Shown here: piece by piece, positions 1 to 9,265 of the stretch
Position numbering within the stretch: position 1 is the stretch's first letter
Layout of the letters: each line of letters begins with the position of its first letter
Assembly: GCA_963733085.1 (NCBI GenBank)
Contig: CAVTBY010000013.1
Coordinates: 2,809-66,808 of the forward strand
DNA length: 64,000 bases
DNA from: Ilumatobacteraceae bacterium
GTDB taxonomy: Bacteria; Actinomycetota; Acidimicrobiia; Acidimicrobiales; Ilumatobacteraceae
Direction: 5' to 3'
Program-made: the position numbers and the translations under genes
The notes under the pieces: model-generated
What the model was told of the DNA's origin: nothing
What the model saw: only the letters and a program-made list of their open reading frames with translations
Databases searched by the model: none

Positions 1-274
1 CTCAGGATCCAGTCCTCCGCCGTCACCACGTTGCCGTGAAGCAGCACGACCGGTGTTCCGGTACCCCGCTCGAGGTAGTGCAGCCGGACGCCATCGACCT
101 CGACGAAGCGTCCGGTGGGTGATACAGGCGCTCGACCTTTCGGGTGCGGTAGCTGTTGTAGAGGGCGGCCGCAGCAAGCGCTGCTGCGGCAGCGCCCAGG
201 ACCGTGCCGGTCCGGGACCATCCCGGAGTGCTCGGGTTCGACTGGGCTATGGATGGACGGACCGACATCATCAT
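1..274 (-). CDS. alpha/beta hydrolase, N-terminal part (runs off window; frameshift near 115-120)
   Basis: Hydrophobic N-terminus (VLGAAAAALAAAALYN). After a 1-nt shift it reads PTGRFVEVDGVRLHYLERGTGTPVVLLHGNVVTAEDW, a typical alpha/beta hydrolase start with the oxyanion HG. Confidence 0.75.
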
Positions 275-343
275 CTCCTGAACGGAGAAGCCCGGCGCTT
301 GCGCACCGGGCTCCGCTTGCAGTTACTGTCGTGGGGAACGCTG

Positions 344-1027
344 CTAGCGCTTCCTGGGCGAGCTTGGCTTGATCTCCTCCACCTCGACCTCGGTCCGGCG
401 GACCGTGTCCTTCACCGTCTCCTCGCGCTCCTCGACCCGCTTGCCGACCGTGACCTCGCCGACCACGCGCGCCTGCTTGCGGACCTCGACCTTCTCGCCG
501 GTCTTGAGCATCTCGACCGTCTTGTCCTGGAATGCCGCCTCCGTCTCCGCGGGGGTCAGCGTGCGGTCCGCGTCCCGGCGTTCGACCTCGACCTCCTCCT
601 CGCGCAAGGTCACGGTCTGCTCGACCGGCCGCTCGCTGACATGGGTGGTGATCCGCACCCCGCCGGTGACCGCCTTGCCCTTGTGGATCGCGAGCTGCTC
701 CTCGACTTCCTGCAGCGTCTCCCCGCCTGCCGCTGCCTCCGCCTCGCCACCCTCGTAGCGCTCCATGATGGCCACGGTCTGGTCGACCTTCGGCTCGGGC
801 GCCCGCGCCGCCACCAGGACCCGGCCCTGGCGGGCGGCCTGGGCGTAGTCGCGGGCGTCGTCCTCCTCGAAGCCGCGCTCGACGATCTCGGCCACGAGCT
901 CGTCCTCCTCGCCGGCCAGGACCTCGACGTCGCGGTCCTTGAGGCCGCCGCTCCGGATCAGCTCGTCGACCAGCCGCTGCGCGCTGCGGGCGTCCGGGAT
1001 GGTGCTGATGATGGTCATCGTTGCCAT
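344..1027 (-). CDS. YsnF/AvaK (DUF2382) stress-response protein
   Basis: EEQLAIHK...GGVRITTHVSERPVEQTVTLREEEVEVERR...VRKQARVVGEVTVGKRVEEREETVKDTVRRTEVEVEE; GAGGAG RBS. Confidence 0.9.
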   Translation of the reverse strand: MATMTIISTIPDARSAQRLVDELIRSGGLKDRDVEVLAGEEDELVAEIVERGFEEDDARDYAQAARQGRVLVAARAPEPKVDQTVAIMERYEGGEAEAAAGGETLQEVEEQLAIHKGKAVTGGVRITTHVSERPVEQTVTLREEEVEVERRDADRTLTPAETEAAFQDKTVEMLKTGEKVEVRKQARVVGEVTVGKRVEEREETVKDTVRRTEVEVEEIKPSSPRKR

Positions 1028-1132
1028 GGGCGTACTCTCCTCAGCCAGTCCGGCACGGACTGGTGCTGCTGTTGGCGCTGATCTGTTCGTGCTCGCTCCG
1101 CGCGAGCGCGGGTGCGGCCCGCGCAGGCCGTC

Positions 1133-1908
1133 TCAGGCGGCTTCGCTGCCGCCGCGGTTCCGGCGGCCGGCCCCGCCCACGCTTGTTGCCGCGGTGAGCA
1201 CGGCCTGGCTGGCCTCGAGGTAGCGCTGCGCCAGCCCGGCCATGCGCTCCAGGCTGGCGTGCAGGAACTCGCCCTGGACCCGCAACAACCGCTCCCAATC
1301 GACCGCCTCGCTGAGGGCGGTCAGGGTCGCGACGTTGTGCCGGGCCTGCTCTTGCACCAGCTCGCTCAGCGCCTGGCCCAGCTCGGCCGTGCCCTGCGCC
1401 GACCGGCGCGTCGCCTGGCTCGCTGCCGTCGTGGTGCGGTGCACGACCTGCAGGCCGCTGCGCGCCGCTTCGGCGGTAGCCTCGGCGGCGGTCGCGGCCC
1501 CGACTGCCGTCATGTCGCGGGCCACCTTGACCCCCAGCCGCGCAGCCTCGGCCGTTCGCGCGGACGCCCTCTCCTCCTCGCGGCGACGATCGTCGCCGCC
1601 GCTGCTGCCGCCACCCTCGCGGGCGCGGATGCGTTCGTCCGCTTGCGCCCCCCGCTGCTGCTGCTGCTCGTTCGCGCGGGCGCCGTTGCCGCCGTTGCCG
1701 GACCCCGCTGCTGCTGTTGCTCGCGGAAGTCGAGCGCCTGGCGCAGCTGATCGAGCGTGGCCGGGCCGACCCCCGATATTTCCTCGAGTGCCTCGAGCCG
1801 GATCGCGCCCTTGCGGCGGCGCTTGAGGATCTCGTCGGCGAGCTCGGCGCGGATGCCGGCCTCGACCAGCTCGTCGCGGCTGGCGGTGTGGACGTTGGGC
1901 TTGGCCAT
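1133..1908 (-). CDS. helix-hairpin-helix (ComEA-like) + phasin-domain fusion, frameshifted at the G-run near 1703-1706
   Basis: The N-terminus NVHTASRDEL...LEEISGVGPATLDQLR is an HhH. Adding one G at CGGGG joins it in frame to a linker and to the phasin-like LVQEQARHNVATLTALSEAVDWERLLRVQGEFLHASLERMA. Confidence 0.7.
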
Positions 1909-2095
1909 GGTTCTCTCCCCCAGGATGGCTTGGTCACCGCCGCGCGGCGGTACGCGGATTCAGTCCCGAGCCCCGCGCGATGGTTCCATTGCAATGCAGC
2001 AAAACGTTCCACGATGTACGCGTTGGGGCTGTGCTAACGGGCCGTGCCGGATCTCGCCTCGGTCGAGCAGACCGCCTGGAACGAGGCGGAACGGG

Positions 2096-2250
2096 CCGTT
2101 GTCGGCGGTCATGCTCCTCGAGACCGACGGCATCATCGGCGAGGTCGCGACGCTGCTCGCGCGCGGCCGTCCACACAATCCGGACCGGCTCCGAGCAGAT
2201 CGACCGCCACGTTGTCCACGCCTGGGCCACCACTCACCGAGCAAGCGGCC
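2096..2250 (+). pseudogene. degenerate C-terminal fragment of a TniB/TnsC-like transposition ATPase
   Basis: Across three frames it reads LLETDGIIGEVATLLAR/AAVHTIRTGSEQIDRHVV/LGHHSPSKR, resembling the TniB C-terminal lid (EGTIGE..LL..AA..A...GEE.I......Y..PSERR). No Walker motifs remain. Confidence 0.4.
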
Positions 2251-2392
2251 CGGCCGATGGCGCAGGCGCGCTGATCATGTCACGCAATCTTCTGCCTGGA
2301 CGGTTTGCAGGACATAGATTAAGCAACGCTGGATATGACAGCGTGCGATCAGCCCGTGTGGCCGGACTGGCGCTGTCACCCAACCGCTCGTT

Positions 2393-2585
2393 TGATGGAT
2401 GGGCGCCTCCCTCCCGCGCTGCCTGGTAGGCGACGGTATGGTGGATAGGAGGAGGCGCTGATGTCGGGAGCAGTCCTCGGCTCGGCACCGATCTGGCCAA
2501 GCACGTGTCCTCCAGCTGCACGGCATCGACGAGCACGGCCGAGCGGCCTTGCCGAAGCCGGGGGAGCTGCGCCAAGAGAAATCGT
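2393..2585 (+). mobile_element. IS110/IS1111-family remnant (left end + first ~40 transposase codons)
   Basis: ATG 2461 follows a GGAGGAGG RBS. Frameshifted translation gives LGTDLAKHV-QLHGIDEHGRAAL, matching the IS110 N-terminal GIDLAK..FQLHG.D..G motif. ATGGGCGCCTCCCTCC (2399-2414) is complementary to the RBS/start region. Confidence 0.7.
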
Positions 2586-2587
2586 GC

Positions 2588-3268
2588 CTACCACGGCACC
2601 GGATCGCCCCGGTAGCTGAAGAACCCGCCCGAGTGCGCCAGCGTCAGTCCGCCGATGACGGCACGCATCTGCCGCACGGCCTGCTCCGCCGACTGGCTGG
2701 CGTTCGGACCGCCCATGCGCGTCCGCGCCCAGCCGGGGTGGACGACGGCGACGACGACGCCCTCGCCCCTGAGCTCCACCGCGAGCGTCCGGAAGGCCAT
2801 GTTCAGGCCGGCCTTCGAGGTCCGGTACGCCAGGTGACCGCCGGAGCGGTTGTCCCCGATGCTGCCCAACCCGCTCGTGATGCCGACCACCTTCCGCTCG
2901 CGGCCGCGGGCGACGTGGCGGCGCAGCGCCGCGGCGAGGAGCACCGGCGCGATCGTGTTCACCTCGAGCGTCTCGAGCCAGCCTGCGACGTCGAGAGCGT
3001 CGAGGCCATCGGACGGCCCGCCGACGCCGGCGTTGGCGATCAGGAGGTCGATCGCCTCGCTCCCGAGCGCCTTGGCGAGATCCGGGTAGGCCGCTCGGTC
3101 GCGGACGTCGAGCTGGTGGATGACGACCTCACCCGGGATGGCGCGGAGCTCCCCGGCCTCATCGAGGTGACGGCAGGTGGCGTGCACGCGCCAGCCCTCG
3201 GCCGCGTACTGGCGCACGAACTCGAGGCCCAGGCCGCGATTGGCGCCGGTCACCAGCATCACCGACAT
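2588..3268 (-). CDS. SDR family oxidoreductase (C-factor/CsgA-like)
   Basis: VTGANRGLG, NAG, catalytic YRTSK, HPGWARTRMGG. Confidence 0.92.
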   Translation of the reverse strand: MSVMLVTGANRGLGLEFVRQYAAEGWRVHATCRHLDEAGELRAIPGEVVIHQLDVRDRAAYPDLAKALGSEAIDLLIANAGVGGPSDGLDALDVAGWLETLEVNTIAPVLLAAALRRHVARGRERKVVGITSGLGSIGDNRSGGHLAYRTSKAGLNMAFRTLAVELRGEGVVVAVVHPGWARTRMGGPNASQSAEQAVRQMRAVIGGLTLAHSGGFFSYRGDPVPW

Positions 3269-3461
3269 GGACTCTCCCCCGCGATCCGTCGCACACAGTA
3301 GATGGGGGAGGCCCCCGTTCAAGCGGATCTGCTGCGTCGCGTTGAGCGGGATCGACCGCTCGCTGTGGAGGCTCGCGATCCGGCCCGAAGGCCCGCTCGT
3401 CTCCTTGCCTCGGCGGGCGGGCAGCTTACTTCCGGCACAAAACTCGCCGGAGGGTCGCCGC

Positions 3462-3947
3462 ATGCACGTCGTGTACAAGGGCCGCATCGCCGATCTGGCC
3501 GACCTCAAGGACGGATCGGTGTTCCTGGCCGACTTCGACGGCGGGCCGATCGTCCGGGCGATGAAGGCCTTCTACGTGAACCCGTCCGGCATCCACGGCG
3601 GCAAGATCGTCACCCTCGGCCCGTTCCGGGACGAGGACGGCGGGAGACCCGGCGTCTACGAGCCGCACGTCGTCCGCCAGCTGGCGGTGGTCGACCTGAC
3701 CGGCGTGCTCGCCTTCACCTTCTCGACCGAGCCGGAGCACGTCACGTTCAAGCTGCCGCCCTCGCGCGAGTGTCCCGGGCTGGTCGTCCTCGTGGAGGAC
3801 GATGTTTATCTCGCCTGCCAGTTCTACGAGGACGTCGGCTTGTGGGAAACGGCGTACCTGAACGTGGTCACGGGCGAGATCGTCTTTCAGGTCGATGCCG
3901 CCAAGGGCTGCGTCTCACGGCAGTGGGCCCTCGAGGCGAGGGCGTGA
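3462..3947 (+). CDS. hypothetical protein (161 aa)
   Basis: GGAGGG RBS, clean GC3-rich ORF with globular composition; no motif recognised. Confidence 0.7.
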   Translation: MHVVYKGRIADLADLKDGSVFLADFDGGPIVRAMKAFYVNPSGIHGGKIVTLGPFRDEDGGRPGVYEPHVVRQLAVVDLTGVLAFTFSTEPEHVTFKLPPSRECPGLVVLVEDDVYLACQFYEDVGLWETAYLNVVTGEIVFQVDAAKGCVSRQWALEARA

Positions 3948-4085
3948 GCCACACTCCTTGCGCTTGACGACCGCCGGTCAGATCTCCCTACTCCCGGATC
4001 GAGGGTCGGCGGGAGCGTCGCTCCTATCCGTTCACGCGCCACCGCTCAACGCAACAGATCGCGCGACCTGGCGGCAGGATTCGGC

Positions 4086-5174
4086 TCAGAACGCGTACCG
4101 CACCCGGCAGTACGGCATCACCTCCTGCATCAGCCCGAGCAGCTCGTCGAGGAACCGGCGCTTGAGCCCCGCGCGGTAGCGCAGGTTCCGTGTCCCGCTC
4201 TCCGAGCGCTTGGTCTCCTGCAGGTCGGGCCGCCACAGGACCGCCTCGGCCTTCGGATGCCAGGCGAGGTTGGTCTCGTGCAGCTCGGCGTTGTGGGTGA
4301 GCAGGATGATCTCGGCCGCGAGCTGGGCCTTGGCGGCGGAAGTGAGCGCCGCGTCGAGCTGGCGGAACAGCTCGCGCCAGCCGTCGAGCCAGCCCTCGTG
4401 GACGATCACGGGGCTGAAGTTGAGGTGGACCTCGTAGCCCGCGGCCTCGAACTCGCTCACCGCCGCGATGCGCTCGGCCACGGGCGTGGTGCGCACGTCG
4501 ACGAGCCGGGCCATGCCCTCGGGCATCAGGCTGAACCGGACGCGGGTCTTGCGTTTCGGCTCGTAGCCCAGGAGGTCGGGATTGACGTACTTGGTGGCGA
4601 AACTGGCCTTCGCGTTCGGCACCTCGTCGCGGAAGAACGCCACCGTGTCCCTGACGTTGTCGGAGATGAGCGCATCGACCGAGCAGTCGCCGTTCTCGCC
4701 CACGTCGTAGACCCAGTACCGATGGTCGACCTGGTTCGGATCGAGCTTCGACCCCTGCTTGGCGGCGTGGCGGGCCAGGAAGGCCAGGATCTTGTCGTTG
4801 TTGACGAAGACCGTGATCGGGTTGGCGAAGCCTTTGCGCCGAGCGACGTAGCAGTAGGCGCAGGCCATGGCGCAGCCGTTCGAGGCGCCGGGGCCGACGA
4901 AGTCGGCGCTGCGGCCGTTCGGGCGGGAGTCCATCGACTTGCGCGCGCCCAGCACCAGCGTGGTCCGCTTGACCCGGTTCCAGTCGTCCGCGAGCTCGGC
5001 GTTCCCGTGCAGCTCGGGGATCTGCCAGTGCGAGCGGACGGGCACCCGCTCCGCGTCGGGGAAGCGGGCCAGGATCTCGCGGCCGCGCGGGTGCACCTCG
5101 GCGGCGGGCTCGAGATAGATGCGGCGCACGTCGAGGATGGGACGGGCGGGCGGGACGGTCTCGGCGGCGGTCAT
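4086..5174 (-). CDS. spore photoproduct lyase family radical SAM protein
   Basis: CAMACAYC radical-SAM motif; YDVGENGDCS, FATKYVN, RVRFSLMP, EVHLNFSPVI, C-terminal VRYAF. Confidence 0.88.
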   Translation of the reverse strand: MTAAETVPPARPILDVRRIYLEPAAEVHPRGREILARFPDAERVPVRSHWQIPELHGNAELADDWNRVKRTTLVLGARKSMDSRPNGRSADFVGPGASNGCAMACAYCYVARRKGFANPITVFVNNDKILAFLARHAAKQGSKLDPNQVDHRYWVYDVGENGDCSVDALISDNVRDTVAFFRDEVPNAKASFATKYVNPDLLGYEPKRKTRVRFSLMPEGMARLVDVRTTPVAERIAAVSEFEAAGYEVHLNFSPVIVHEGWLDGWRELFRQLDAALTSAAKAQLAAEIILLTHNAELHETNLAWHPKAEAVLWRPDLQETKRSESGTRNLRYRAGLKRRFLDELLGLMQEVMPYCRVRYAF

Positions 5175-5607
5175 CGGTGCGCCAATCCTTGAGAGAGCAG
5201 ACGGTTGCGTCCCTGTGGCGCTATGTTCCCCTGAGGCGGCTGGCCTGACCCGGTGGGCCCTGCACGGTCATGTCGGCCTGAGGTGCAAAGATGGCCGCTG
5301 GCGCCCAGCTTGCCTCAAAACGGCACCGCGAGATCCGCGAGGTGGGATTCGGTGCGCCCGGCACCGCGGGGCCGCAGGGTGGCGCCTCGACCGATTAGGG
5401 TAAGCCCTGCCTCTCCTAAACTTCCCCTCAATTGGCCCTGCTCGTCCTCCAAGCAGGGCCTTGCTTGTCGCCTGCCGCCGAGGGTTCCGCCCCCGCTCGA
5501 CGGGAAGGCCGTCGTTCCCGAGCGGAGCGACGGCCACCCCGGCCTGGAACTCAGGAGGTCAGCGGTGCTTGCCAGGAGCCGTCGATGGCCCGGGCCGTTG
5601 TAGGCGC

Positions 5608-6205
5608 ATGCAGCACGCCGGCACCGACGACACGTCCGACGCCAGCCCGGTCGAGCGGGCCGACATCGCCGCCGCGCGGCGGCTGGCGCGGCACCACCAC
5701 GACCCGACCCTGCGTGCCGTCACGGCGTTCGGCCAGCTCGCCGACCAACCGCCGTTGCTGGCCGCGTCCGGCGCGGTCGTGGCCTGGGGGCTGCTGACCC
5801 GCGATCGGCGGCTCGCCCGCCGTGGCGGGCACCTGGTCGCCTCGGTCGCCCTGGCGACGCTGCTCAAGGGCACGCTCAAGCGGGCCCTGTCCCGCACCCG
5901 GCCGAACGTGCTGCTCGACGAGGGCCGCTACCGGGTGGAGCCGCTGGGCCCGGACGAGGGCCCCTGGCACTCGTTCCCCTCGGGCCACACGGCCGGCGGC
6001 GTGGCCCTGGCCCGGGCGGTCGCCCGCTCGCTGGCCCGGCGCACGGTGGCCGGCCTACGCCGGCGCGGCGGCGGTCGGCCTGGTCCAGGTGCCGCGCGGG
6101 GCGCACTACCCGAGCGACGTGCTGGCCGGGGTGGTGATCGGCGTGGCGGCCGAGGCCGTCGTGCACCGGCTGTTCCCATCCCTGACGGCTATCCCGGATC
6201 CGTAG
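5608..6205 (+). CDS. PAP2 family phosphatase (frameshift near 6030)
   Basis: KRALSRTRP, SFPSGH, then RGAHYPSDV in the shifted frame. Confidence 0.85.
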
Positions 6206-6246
6206 ACGGAGAAGCATTGGCACTGACCACCAACAAGGATAGCTCG

Positions 6247-6490
6247 ATGAGCAAGGTAAAAGACTTGACTGAGTTTGGCTTACCAGACCGCATTATTAAC
6301 ACGGCAAAGATTAGCTTTGCCTCAATTCGGCCAGTTGGATCACAAGCTTCTTGATGGAACAAAGGTAAGTATGGACGTCTTAGTTGTTTGTGAGGGAGCC
6401 GAATTACGATTTGATTTCAAAGAAGGGCAAGAAGATCTTGCCAGACAGTTTTTTGAATTTATGAAACAGTGTGTCTATGAGAATGAGTAG
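6247..6490 (+). CDS. small hypothetical protein in an AT-rich patch (frameshift near 6345-6350)
   Basis: AAGGA then MSKVKDLTEFGLPDRIINTAKISFASIRPVG, continuing LLDGTKVSMDVLVVCEGAELRFDFKEGQEDLARQFFEFMKQCVYENE; visibly lower GC than flanks. Confidence 0.45.
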
Positions 6491-6680
6491 GCCTCGACCT
6501 CTCTTCCTCGGGACATAAGTTCATAGTCAGCCACAGCTTGCCCTAGTGGATGATCGTTCCCGTGGCTTGCGGCAGGTTGGCCCGGATCATGCAAGAGGCG
6601 GGACAGGATGGACCCAGGGCAGGGTTCCCCGGCCTCGATCGTCACCACACCCTTCCGGCCATGCCGAAGGGTGTGGCTAT

Positions 6681-7115
6681 TCAGGCTAGCCGAGCGGAGC
6701 TGCGCGCCCGCGCCGCGTCGAGGCTCCACGCGCCCGGCCCGGTGAACACCAGCAGCAGGAACACGAAGCAGTAAAGGATGGCGGCGTCGCCGCCGTTCAG
6801 CACGGGGAAGAAGCTCCGCGGGGCGTGGAACAGCCAGTACGCCACCGCCATCTCGCCCGAGAGCAGGAACGCCACGGGCCGGGTGAACAGGCCGACCAGG
6901 ATCAGGAGCCCGCCCGCGAACTCCAGGACGCCGCCGACGCCGAGCAGCGACAGGAGCGGCGGCTGGCCGCTCTCGGACGGGGCCGGGAAGCCGAACAGCT
7001 TCTGCGTGCCGTGCTCCATGAAGATCAGCGCCGCCACGATCCGCAGCGCGGCCAGCGCGTAAGGGCTGTAGCGGTCGAGGGCGTCGAGGGTGCTGCTGCC
7101 GGCGTCGTGCCGCAT
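6681..7115 (-). CDS. DoxX family membrane protein
   Basis: [21 protein letters not shown]...[29 protein letters not shown]...[11 protein letters not shown]...GPGAWSLD. Confidence 0.93.
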   Translation of the reverse strand: MRHDAGSSTLDALDRYSPYALAALRIVAALIFMEHGTQKLFGFPAPSESGQPPLLSLLGVGGVLEFAGGLLILVGLFTRPVAFLLSGEMAVAYWLFHAPRSFFPVLNGGDAAILYCFVFLLLVFTGPGAWSLDAARARSSARLA

Positions 7116-7538
7116 GGTCGGCGCTGCTCCAAGAGGACCGCGGATGATCGTCAAGCCTCGGCGCGCGTGCCGGTTCCCGACGCGGTACTGGCAGAAGATA
7201 CTCCGCGATCGAGCCCCGGCCAGGTCGGGCGGCGAGGACGCGGACGGGCGCCGGCGGTACCAGGTGGCGGCATCTGGCCGCCAGCGTCCGGTGCCCACGC
7301 CGACTGGCGCGGGACGCACAACCCGCCACATGGTCGACACTGCCGCATCCATGGGTGTGAGCAGCGGCGATGGCCCGCTCGCCCGCCGGGCATCGCGCTG
7401 GTAGTCATCGGACGTGATCGCGGAGATCAGGACACTCGGGCAACGGACCTCCCGGGCGTGGCATGCCCGTGGGGTTGGCGCTTCATTACGCACGGCCCGC
7501 TCCTGGGCGTGGCACGGGGAGGTGGGGGATGCCGGAGC

Positions 7539-8462
7539 GGCGGCGTCGAGCACGCCGTGCTGCACCTGCTCTACGCCCGCTTCTGGCACAAGGTGCTGTT
7601 CGACTTGGGCCACCTGTCGTCGTCGGAGCCGTACGCCCGCCTGTACAACCAGGGCTACGTTCTGGCCGCCGCCTTCGAGGACGAGCGCGGCATCTACGTG
7701 CCTGCCGACGATGTCGTGATCGACGCCGACGGCCACGCCACGTACGAGGGCCGGCCGGTGACACGCCACTGGGGCAAGATGGGCAAGAGCCTGAAGAACT
7801 CGGTGTCGCCCGAGGAGATCTACGACGCCTACGGGGCGGACACGCTGCGCCTGCACCTGATGGCAACCGGCCCGCTCGACGCGTCGCGACCGTGGGAGAC
7901 GCGCGACGTCGTCGGGATGTTCCGCTTCTTGCAGCGTTTGTGGCGAAACATCATCGACGAGCAGACCGGCGAGGTTCGCGTGGCCGATACGCCAGCGGAC
8001 GGCGAGACGACCCAACTGCTCCACCGCACCATCGACTCGGTGCGCGCCGACATGGAGGCGCTGCGCTTCAACACGGCGATCGCCAAGCTGATCGAGCTCA
8101 ACAACCATGTGACGAAGCTCGACACCACACCACGCGAGGTCGCCGAGGCGCTGGTGTTGATGGTGTCGCCGCTCGTGCCCCACGTGGCCGAGGAGTTGTG
8201 GCATCGTCTCGGCCACGACGCGACGATTGCCTTCGAGTCGATGCCGACGGCCGATCCGGCGATGCTGATCGACGACACTGTCGAGTACCCGGTGCAGGTC
8301 AACGGCAAGCTGCGCAGCCACATCACCGTTGCCGCAGATGCCGACCCGGCCACCGTCGAAGCCGCCGCCCTCGCCGACCCCAAGATCCAGGCGGTGCTCG
8401 CCGGCTCCGACCCCAAGAAGGTCATCGTCGTCCCGTCGCGAATGGTGAACATCGTCACCTGA
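7539..8462 (+). CDS. leuS: leucine--tRNA ligase, C-terminal third only (5' part missing)
   Basis: [26 protein letters not shown] (KMSKS loop), [29 protein letters not shown]. Upstream sequence is unrelated. Confidence 0.92.
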   Translation, partial: GGVEHAVLHLLYARFWHKVLFDLGHLSSSEPYARLYNQGYVLAAAFEDERGIYVPADDVVIDADGHATYEGRPVTRHWGKMGKSLKNSVSPEEIYDAYGADTLRLHLMATGPLDASRPWETRDVVGMFRFLQRLWRNIIDEQTGEVRVADTPADGETTQLLHRTIDSVRADMEALRFNTAIAKLIELNNHVTKLDTTPREVAEALVLMVSPLVPHVAEELWHRLGHDATIAFESMPTADPAMLIDDTVEYPVQVNGKLRSHITVAADADPATVEAAALADPKIQAVLAGSDPKKVIVVPSRMVNIVT

Positions 8463-8473
8463 CGACGTCTTCC

Positions 8474-8554
8474 ATCGGAGTGTTTCGTGCTGACGGAGTG
8501 TTTGCTGCCGGGAAACCCGACAGGTGACACTCCATCAGCAGCAAAGACTCCGAT
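8474..8554. repeat. long imperfect palindrome between convergent leuS and msrB (REP-like/terminator)
   Basis: ATCGGAGT..TGCTGACGGAGTGT..CCGGG AAA CCCGA..ACACTCCATCAGCA..ACTCCGAT. Confidence 0.6.
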
Positions 8555-8956
8555 CTAGGAAGGTTCGGTCTCCTCGAGGTCGAGGGCGAGGCTGTTCATG
8601 CAGTAGCGCATGCCGGTGGGCTGGGGGCCGTCCGGGAAGACGTGCCCGAGGTGTGACCCGCAGCGCCGGCAGCGAACCTCCGTGCGCACCATCCCCAGCG
8701 TTCGGTCCTCGATCAACTCGACGGCGTCGGCGACCATCGGCTCGGTGAAGCTCGGCCAGCCGCTACCCGACTCGAACTTCGTCGCCGCGTCGAACAACTC
8801 GGCGCCGCACGCCGCGCACCGGTAGGTCCCGTCGGCGTGGGCGTTGACGTACTCCCCGCTCCATGGCGGCTCCGTGCCCGCCTCGCGAAGCACGTGGAAC
8901 TGCTCCGGCGTGAGCTGCTCACGCCACTCCGACTCCGACCGCTCGATCTCCGGCAT
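8555..8956 (-). CDS. msrB: peptide-methionine (R)-S-oxide reductase
   Basis: [36 protein letters not shown]. Confidence 0.97.
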   Translation of the reverse strand: MPEIERSESEWREQLTPEQFHVLREAGTEPPWSGEYVNAHADGTYRCAACGAELFDAATKFESGSGWPSFTEPMVADAVELIEDRTLGMVRTEVRCRRCGSHLGHVFPDGPQPTGMRYCMNSLALDLEETEPS

Positions 8957-9082
8957 GCACCTACCTTATGGCGATAGCCAGGAGCGTTGCACTCGGCAAG
9001 GTACCTCAGACCGCGCAACCCGGACCGAAGATCAGGACTTCGTCCAATGACGCACGATGCCTCAGCAGTTCACGATCGAGCC

Positions 9083-9232
9083 ATGAACAACTTTCAGCTC
9101 ACTGAAGCACTCGTTGCCGACCACCTCGCCGCTGTGCGAGCCGATGCGAAGCGGATTCGCTCACTGCGCGACGTCCACCGGGCGACATTCCGCCGGCGTC
9201 GAGACCGAGCGCCACGCTCCCATGGCGATTGA
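9083..9232 (+). CDS. small Arg-rich hypothetical protein (49 aa)
   Basis: MNNFQLTEALVADHLAAVRADAKRIRSLRDVHRATFRRRRDRAPRSHGD, directly upstream of the LAL regulator. Confidence 0.55.
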   Translation: MNNFQLTEALVADHLAAVRADAKRIRSLRDVHRATFRRRRDRAPRSHGD

Positions 9233-9265
9233 ACTCAGGCGGTGCCGGCGCATGGCATCCGTACG

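Noticed and set aside
6825-8462. 545-aa ORF as a novel LeuRS fusion (and the antisense 546-aa ORF as a long DoxX)
   Set aside because: The extensions are shadow frames of the opposite-strand genes read across the suspected junction.
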